A DNA stretch of 64,000 nucleotides from Diplonema japonicum (Eukaryota; Protista; Euglenozoa: Diplonemea). Made by a program: the position numbers and the translations under genes. The notes beneath the pieces are model-generated. The model did no database searches, was not told where the DNA came from, and worked only from the letters and a program-made list of their open reading frames with translations. Position 1 is the first letter of the stretch. Every line of letters begins with the position of its first letter. This document shows positions 52,947-61,900 of this stretch, one piece after another. The stretch lies in assembly GCA_964019335.1 (NCBI GenBank), contig OZ025676.1, positions 186,001 through 250,000 on the forward strand, read 5' to 3'.

Positions 52947-55900
52947 TCAAAGAAGGGTAAAACCAGACGTGGCGAGGAGGCACCGGTCCCTCGCGAAATG
53001 ACTGTGGGCGTAAAACTGCCGGGGGGTAAGGAGCACGTGAAACTCATCCCAGGTGAGCACGTAAGCAAGTTCTTGCGGTGTAACTTGAAGAGACGAGTCG
53101 CCAACCAGCTGAGCAGGCCCCAATGTCTGGTACAAGTGAAGAACCCTGTCAAACTTCTGACTACGCACCTGCTGCTGCTTATCGTGCTCCGGAGAAGCCT
53201 TAGTAAGGAACTCATCACGCGCCAACCCAGCATGCTCGTAAAACTCTTCAACTGTACAAAGCGCATGAAACTCATCCCACGTAGTGCACTCTGCAATGAC
53301 CTTCCAAGACAATGCTCCTTTCACTTCTGCCTCTCTAATGTACCCATGTCTCCATCTGTCAAGCTGTGCCTTTGCTGCCTTTATATCCTCTCGGACGCAT
53401 TCTTCATTGACAGATTTGAAGATTTTCGGCGGTCTCATGCGAACGCCTGGTGCTAGGTTCCGCCCTGTGCATAAGTCAAGGTTATTGGATACTCCTTGGA
53501 GTGTGCCTGTGATGGGTTTTGCAAAGAGCCCGATGGTTCCTTTTGCCAGTCCGTTGGTAGCGCCAGTCAAGCCATCCCCAACGAAGCCCTCGTAGGGGTG
53601 ATGGAAGAAGCCGCCTATACCTTCAAGAGCTCCCGGTACCACTCCAGAATGTTGTTGTTTGTTGCCCGTCCACTCCGGGTCGCATGTGAGTTTCGAGGTA
53701 GTTCTTGCCAAGCTGCGTGTTAAGCTGGACATACTGCCGGCCAGACCCGTGCCTGTGTTCTTTACGAAAGACGTCATTCCCTGCGTGAAGCCGACGAGGC
53801 CGCCTGCTACGACACCTCCGACGTCTTGTCCTTTGCTCGCTTCGGTGATGGGCATTGTGACCAGATCCCCCAGTCCCTTGTACACACCCTTGATCGTTGC
53901 CGCAGGGTTTCCCATGAAACCGGCGCTGAAAGGTATGAACAAGGCTTGGTACCGCAGGTCGTTGAGGTACCAGTTTCTCAACCTACTAATGATGACCCAC
54001 ACTGGGAGCGACGAGTCGACAAGGTTGCAGGCGTCCCATTCGATGTTCGTTTGGTCTATCGACCGCAGCATGTACCCCAGCCACCATCGTTGGGAGTGGA
54101 ATTTGTTAAACGGCGCGCTGTGGTCTTCGTCCTGGCGTGTGAAGGAGATCGTCACCTTAATCGGCTCGATGATGACGCTAGACACATATGCCTTTCTGTC
54201 CCACACCGTGACAGTGGTATCCGCAGCGTACTGGTGCGGCTTCATCCAACTGTCCGCCTTGTCATCGTTCAGAACCTCGCTGACGCTGTCGTAGAAGGTC
54301 ATCAAGTTGCTGATGTATTTGTCGCTGAGCTTGACCTGTAGCGGGATGAGAGCTAGCTTTAGCTTTCTAATGATGATCACGTCAGGCGACTGGTGAGAAC
54401 GCAGCATCTCCGCCTGAAGAAGCGGGGGAGTAGTATCGCCGTTTGGCAAGGTTGCTCTCTTCAAAACTACGGGGAACAGCGGTGAATCTTCCGTCACATC
54501 ATCCACTTGCAGGTCTCCTATGAGCAAGTTCATGGCGCTTTCCAGCTGTTGCCTTATGTGCGTTACCTTGATTATATTCATTGAAATGTGTGTTACGTCC
54601 GAGAACTGCTTTGGGGTGCTGAGGGATAGCCCCAGGCCGTCGAGCATCATGCTCAGGATGCTGGAGTTCATCGACATGGACGGCTTCTTGTGCAGGTAGT
54701 GCTCGTTTGCGAACGACAGCACGCTGACGCTGGCGGACGAGCAATGCCGCACCTTGTAGTATATGTTCAGCGTCTTGCTGATGTTGTTCCCCTCGTTGTC
54801 CTTTGTGGGCTTGTCCAGCCTGATTGTCTTGGTGCCGACAACACGCTCATCGGGACCATGTATCCTGAACATGATGCAGGGGTCCACAAACGGGTCGTCT
54901 GGTGCGAAGGGGATCGTTGTTCTGGGTGGCAGGTGCCTTACCGTGGGGGGTTGAAGGTCCGACTGCATGAAAGTAATGAGATACGGCGTGCGGTTTTCGA
55001 TCATGAAAGGCGGCTTCTCGCACTCCCTGAAAGTGACGTGAATGCTGCCCTTTTCCTCTGTGGTGGTTGCACGCAACACACGGAAATACTCAGCACTGCC
55101 ATCCGGCGCTGTTGGCCCTCCGAAGCAACACGGGCCAGGCTGGTACCCCGAGTACTGCACCTCGTAGTTGAGACGTAAGTGCAAGTCAGCATCCCCACTG
55201 ATACCAAAGGCTTTTGAATATCTGTTCATGGTGTAAGGGTCGCTGTTGTACCGCACTTCAATCAGGTTGTCCTTCTTCTTCCCACTGGAACAGCAGGTTT
55301 TGTATTCCCCCGACCTCACCACCAGGCTCGGCCTCGTTCCCTCATTAAGCACAACTCGGAGTGTCAGTTCCAATGGTGTGGTGTTATGGAAGACCCATCT
55401 TGGGACAAGCTTCACGATCCTTGTCATCGCCTGCGACCCTGGCCACGTCACCGTCTCGATGTCTACACCCAAGTGCCGCATCAGCCCTTCCTTGTTGGGG
55501 TGCGGCAACACGATGCTGCCTCCAGACACCACATTTGACAATTCGAAAGGCGTGCTTGTGTCACCCTTTAGGAATTTCAAGTACAGTCTGTTGATCTCGT
55601 GCTTCAAAGAGATGGTATACGGCTTAGGTACACCACTGCTGGCTGCCGGTATAATGGTGCTGACGACGGTGTTCACCTGTGGGAAGACTTCTAAAGCATA
55701 TTCAGTTGTGTTGATGATCCATAGGGGCGCGTAGATCAGGATGCCGCTTCGAGGGGTATAGCTGATGTGACCCACGATATCAAATGAGTTCTTGGACATG
55801 AGGAGGTAGTTCGAGCGCTGCATGAGCTTGCTGATGTCGCATTTGCTTTCAGATACTGCAGAGGGTGGTCCGTTCCACACGAGCGCGCCCTCCGTTGTCT

Positions 55901-58900
55901 GCATGCCTATGCCATCGATTTTGCATCCTGCCGACATTACTAGTTGGCACAGGGGCCAACTCTTCTCAGCTTGCGTGATCTGCGATACGCCCCCAAAAGG
56001 CTTCACACAGCCGTACGTCATATTGTTGTCCATCCCCAGTGCGTAGTTAAGCTCGACAGGCAACCTGTTCTCGATCGTGAACAGCGGGATAAGCATCAGT
56101 TTCACATCGGTGCCGTGCTGCATGATCTCGGCTACGAAGCAGTAGTCAGAGACGCTGGGACCTGCCGCGCTCTCCGGTTGACACCTCACAGTGTACTTGC
56201 ACCACTTCTTAGGCAGACTTGTCAGGTTGCAAAAAAGGTACCCAAGCGTGGCGTGTTTGTAATGACCTGCAAGAGGCCGAACGGAGATGCCCTCTGCCTT
56301 CGTCAGCCTGTCATGTGGAACACTCTTCCTCGAGGGTCCGTCCGCAGTGGCGGCCTCCACAACACCGACACCCTCGATGTGAATGGGTGCCTGTAAGTGG
56401 TTCTCGATGACAACAGGGGTTCTAAAGACCACCATCTTCCTGCCCTCGTTGTTCACCACGTCAACAACAAATGTGTCGTCGACAGTGTGCGAACCCACGA
56501 TGTTGATGCGCGCGCTGAGCCACGGCTTTTTGGGCTGTGAGCCCTTGATGGGGGGAGTCAGGCCGTCAAGGATGGTGGGGTTCATTACTACAGCGATGAA
56601 GACAATGTCGGAGAAAGGCGAGTCGAAGTCGAGTGTGCATCCCGATTGAAGAGTTTGCATCTCGCTGTCGGATCCTTTGCTGAAGCAGATATCTCTTCCG
56701 CACTCATTGCGCAGCACGTACATGCTCCTTGCGATCAACGGAGTGGTGCCGATGTTCTGGCACATCGCACCGAACCTACCAAGAATCCCAATGGAGACGG
56801 GCGTTATGTTGGTCGCGATCCGCGATGCCAGCACTGTAGTCTCGCAAGACACGGCATCGCGCACTTTGGTGCTGACACGCTTCACGGTTGTGTTAAATTC
56901 TTCTATCAAAGACTCCCATTCACACTCGTCACTGTTGTAGCATCGTACTACAGTGCTGACAACAGCTTCCAGCTCGTCCACGTTAGAGGAGGTTCCAAGA
57001 CCGTGTATGGCGTTCTCCTTCAAGGTGATGTCCAGCACAGGCATAGGGGTGCCTGTTGAATCGTCCACCAGGGTGACGGTGAGCATCGGGCAGTTCAACT
57101 TTACATTACAAGACTTCAACACATCGACGGTTTGCGTGGTGTCTGCGGACCCGTCCCCTTGTGGGAGCGTTGCGAGGAACTGCGTGATGAGTTCCGCATC
57201 ACCGAGGCACAGACGCAAGTTTGTTGCCCGTATCAGCGTCTGCAGATAGAACCCCGACTTGCTGATATTGACTATTACTTCTGCTGAAGTGGGGTCCACT
57301 ATGTATGCCGCACCCGACTGCTTGGGGAAGTTTTGCTTGGGCTGGTTTATCAGGCGTGGTGCTATGATTGGTAAATGCACCGCATGCAAATTAGCAACGT
57401 TCAAGGAAGCTTTCACTACAGGCTCGTCGTGCAGGACGGTCTCCGACTCGTACTCCCCCTTCACATGTCCCATGAGCATGATACACCGCTTGGCACCCGT
57501 CCCTGCCGCGCCGATGTCCCCTGCGATGCCCAACCCGAAGTGGCATTCCATTCGGAGAGACACCTCTTGGCGCAGGGCGAGCATTCTGCGTGGAGAGCCG
57601 GTCATCAGGGTCTTGTCGTCGCCATTTTCCCTCACCTCAAACTCTTCTGTGCAGCCTGTCTTGCATGAGTAGCTTCCCTCGCCCATCGAAATGTGATCGT
57701 CGAGCTTCCCACCGCCGCACAGCTTGATCTGCACGTTGGCGAAGCGTACGGTCATGCCATCGTCAACGAAGATCGTCTTCCTTGTGTCCCCCGGGTCTCG
57801 CATCAGGTGGATCGCGTACTTCCCGTCGCCGTTCAGCTCGATGCTGTTGTATTTTTCCGACGAGAGCCTCAGGATCTTATGCGGCGAAAGGTACAAGTCC
57901 TCCGTCAGGGTGAGGTGGTTGTCGAGAGCTGTCTCTTCAGTTGGCTTAGAGGTAAGATCCCCTCGGAAGACCTCGTTGTAAGGCACCACGAAGACCTTGT
58001 GGCATTCCGCCAAGAGCGGTGCTACAAACAGGAAGTGCGGCAGGTGCATATCGACGACGGCATTTGTGTGACGCGTGGCGCTCTTCTCGTCGATGCGTGC
58101 GTCAAGCCTGATGGATGGGTACTTATTGTTCGCAGTGCTGTAACAAAGATCTCTGCAGGTCCGAACACTGCCCTGCTGATGAACTTCACACAGATCAACG
58201 TTCCAAACGCTGAACAAGATCTCTTGCGAAAGACCCTGGGAAGTGTAGCAGCCCTCGATGTTCTGGATGCTGAACGCCATCAACGAGATTCCTTCTTTAT
58301 CGCACACTGTCAGTGACACCAATGGCACCACGATTTCAAGTTTCAGGTTCGGAGAAGCCTGCGGTTCATGCCCGTCATCCTCGGTCGCCGTAACAGGGGC
58401 GCGGAATCCCATGCACGTTTTAGCTACGCTCAACATCAGCTGCCAGTGCCTTTGCAGCACCACTGCCTCAGCGCCTTCGATGTTCACCTTCACAGCGAGG
58501 TCTGCCTGAGACTGTGCTTTGAAATGCTTCTCGGTAGTCACCATTATATTTGTGCCGCTCACAATGTTGGTGTTGTATTTCTGCCTTGCCGAGAGCGCCA
58601 TGTTTAGGAGCTGCAGAGTGAATACTTCCGTGTCGTCTGTCTGTGCGTTGGAGAAGGTGATCTGCCCCAAGTCGGCTAAGATGGCGTCGGAAACGGTCTC
58701 GTGCTTTGGTAGCACTAAAATAGGATTCAGTGCCACCACCTTGAATGTCAAACCCAGAGGTTTTTCTTCGGTGGGTGTCATCTCAGTTGCCTGCACTTTG
58801 GTCTTGCCTATCATGCGCTCGACACCACCACTTGAGATGAAGAAAGCAACTCGCTGCAAGAATGGGACGACACACGTGTAGCTCAAGGAGCGCATGGTGA

Positions 58901-61900
58901 GACTCACCTCCATCTGCGCAGAGGCTGCAGACTTCACCTTGAACTCGACAATGTTTGTATTCTCCTTGCCATAGGTACTGGGGTGGATCACGTCCTTGTA
59001 CATGCTGTTCATGGTCACGTTGTCGACGATGCGCAGGCTGCCCATCGTGCCGCTTGCCACATAGTCGTTGTTAGGCTGCAGCTCCATAAGTACTTGAGAG
59101 GCGTCAAGTACCACGCTGAGCAACAGCACATTGGAGTCAACGATGCCAAGTGTGAACTCGTCCATGATAGCAGTTACCTTCCGTGAAGCCGGTGCAATGG
59201 CAGGAAGCGATGGCAGCTGCTGGCTAGTACTTTGTGTGTTTTCAACAAATTTGTTGACCTCCACCACGTACTGCGGGATCACCAGCAGATGCAGGCGCCG
59301 CAGTTTCAGTTCGACGTCACGGCCCTTCAGAACCACACCGAAACAAGGCAGGGCATTGACCTCTTGCGACTCTGTTGACACCACAGTACTCATTCCCTCA
59401 GGAGTGTTGCCCGACAAGTCGCTTACAGAGATGCTCTGAACGTTGAGCTTTGCCTCTTCAGGTGTGACAATCACTTCCACGTCTGTCATGTCTAATTTAG
59501 TCAGCGGCCGCCCATAAGACCCTTCTGGCAACGACACAGTGGTGTGCAGAACAAGCTGCAAACCTTCAAACGTCAGTGAAGCATTAAAGGGGGCAGCCTG
59601 CACCGCCTCCGCCCCGTCGGACACGGCCACACGCTTCTTCGGCGACGAAGCTGAAGACTGAGAAGAGACCACCTCGGACAGCAGGTTTAGCTGTGGATCG
59701 CTCAACTGCAGTGTGATTTTGCCCACTTTGCTTGAGATTCTCAGTTCGCTGTCCGCAGAGCCTATCTTGCGCACCATTGCAGCAGAGGCATCGAAGTCCC
59801 TCATGATGTCATGCTCGACTGTGCTGTGCTGCCCCGCAAGGCAGATTGAAGCTCCGTTGTGGTGCAATCGCAGCTTCTGAAACAGTACTTCGAAGTGCTC
59901 TGAACCATCTTCCACGCAATTGTTGATGCGCATGCATCCCAAAGTTGCTGTGAGGGCTCTCCCGTCGGTGGTGGGCAGCACCACATGCGGGCCATGCCAT
60001 TCTAGGGACACTTGCGTCAAGTCCGTCGATGCGGTCATCCTTCGAGTCAGCCTGTCAGCTTGGGACGTCCCGAGCATTGTTAGCTGCGCCAAAGGCCCTG
60101 CCGACGCCCACTGCCCAAGACGCTGCCAAAACGTAGGCACTGCGATGACCCTGACGTCTTGAAGCTGTATATTCGCGACCTGAGAGTATCCCTCGCCAAT
60201 GCCCTCTCCGCCTTTTTGGTATGCAACCTCGACAAGGCTCTTGCTAGTGCCGCTGGGCAGCCCCATGACGTCAGTGATGCCGTCCTCGAGAGAGTACATA
60301 TGCATGTCGCCTATCTTGGCATTGATCTTCATGTAGGCATCTTTCAGGACACCCTCTACCGTGGCGTCGTGGGCAGTGAGCTTGAAGAACTCGTCGGTAC
60401 CTTCAAGACCGATCACGTTCATGTGGTTCAGGTGTATGAGGACGCCCATTGTGGATAGTGTAGGGGCGGCAGGTTTCTCGGTTGTCTGCTTGGGGTTAAG
60501 CATGACGTGAAAGGCGTCAATGGCAACTGGTGATGCCAGAAGATCCTGAACAAGAAAGATGGAAGTAGGGTCAGCATAGAAGGTGGGCCTGCCAAGAGTG
60601 ACCTCTGCACGGGAGTCGCCATTTGTGAACTTTTCGAAGTTCACCGTAAGCATTGTTTCGTCGTGGTAGCAACTGACGAGGGACCGCGGGGGGCTGAAGC
60701 GCATGTCAGCCACTGTGAAGGCATCGAGCGTCGCAAGCATCTTGGTGCTCCCATCAGTGAAGTCGTTGTAGGTTGCACTGAGTTTTGAGCACTCGAGCAC
60801 ACTGAAGATGTCGCCATTGCTCTGAAGCATCGTGATGCGCATGGAGGTGGCGCAGGCAGAGAGTCTCGATTTTAACACAGCAGACACCTCTTGTGCAGGT
60901 GCCAGGGTCAAGGGTTTATAAGGCGGTGTGTATGAGGAAAGAAGGTTATGCGCTGCAACTTGTAACAAGAGACCCCACCCTGCTTCATCGACCTTGATAG
61001 GCATCTCCCCCATGTCGATGGAGAGCGACGACAGCGGGTCAGCAGCGTTGCATGGCTCCTCTAGTGCTTGCGTCATCTTCATGTACACGTTCAGACCACC
61101 CGCCATGCTCTGCGTGGGCCGGCCTTCATGCACCAGATCGATACCGAGATCCGTGAACCTAATCTCATTTTGCTGGATGGCTGTGTTGTGCTGTGTGCGC
61201 CCTAGCGTAGTAGCAACACTGACATCGCCTAAGGAAGCGAGCAAGAACGATTTGTCATCCGCTTTTGCAGGCAGTTCCACAAGGGGGTTCACGATATGTA
61301 GTTTCAATTGTATCACAGAAGGGATGTGTGCTTTTTCAGGGGGCGGCGAGAGCAAGCGCCTTTTATCACTAGAAGCTGCTGTCACTTTCCGTCCGGCAAC
61401 TTGTTTCATCTTGTTCACAACGTGTCCATTTGTACTCCAGTACAAGATACGCTGGAACATCGTGAAGTGAAAAGAGGAGTGTATTTGCTGCATGGTTGCC
61501 TCAACGTGCCCTGCAACGTATGGTGCAACAGAGGCCTCAACGTTCTCTGCTACATAGTGGAATTGTATAAGCGACCCTTTAGTGACGTCGGCCATGCGTA
61601 GGAGGGGGCGCTTTGTGTCACCCACCAGTTCGTCTGCGATCACGTCGCCAAACTTCCCCTTCACAGACGTCTGGTTCGCCGCGATGTTCACATGGATTTC
61701 AGTGCTTGTCATTGCCATCGACAAGAACTCTGCAAAGCTGCCCTTTGAGATCTCCTCCAAACAAGTCACCCTAAGAGCTTCCATCTTCGCCACTATTATT
61801 GTATCATATCTTGAAGGATCAAGATCTAGCGAACCCTTAAGAGGCTGGAGATGAAGGGGTGCAGCTACGTACTCTTTGACTTGTCCATCCCGTGCAAGCT

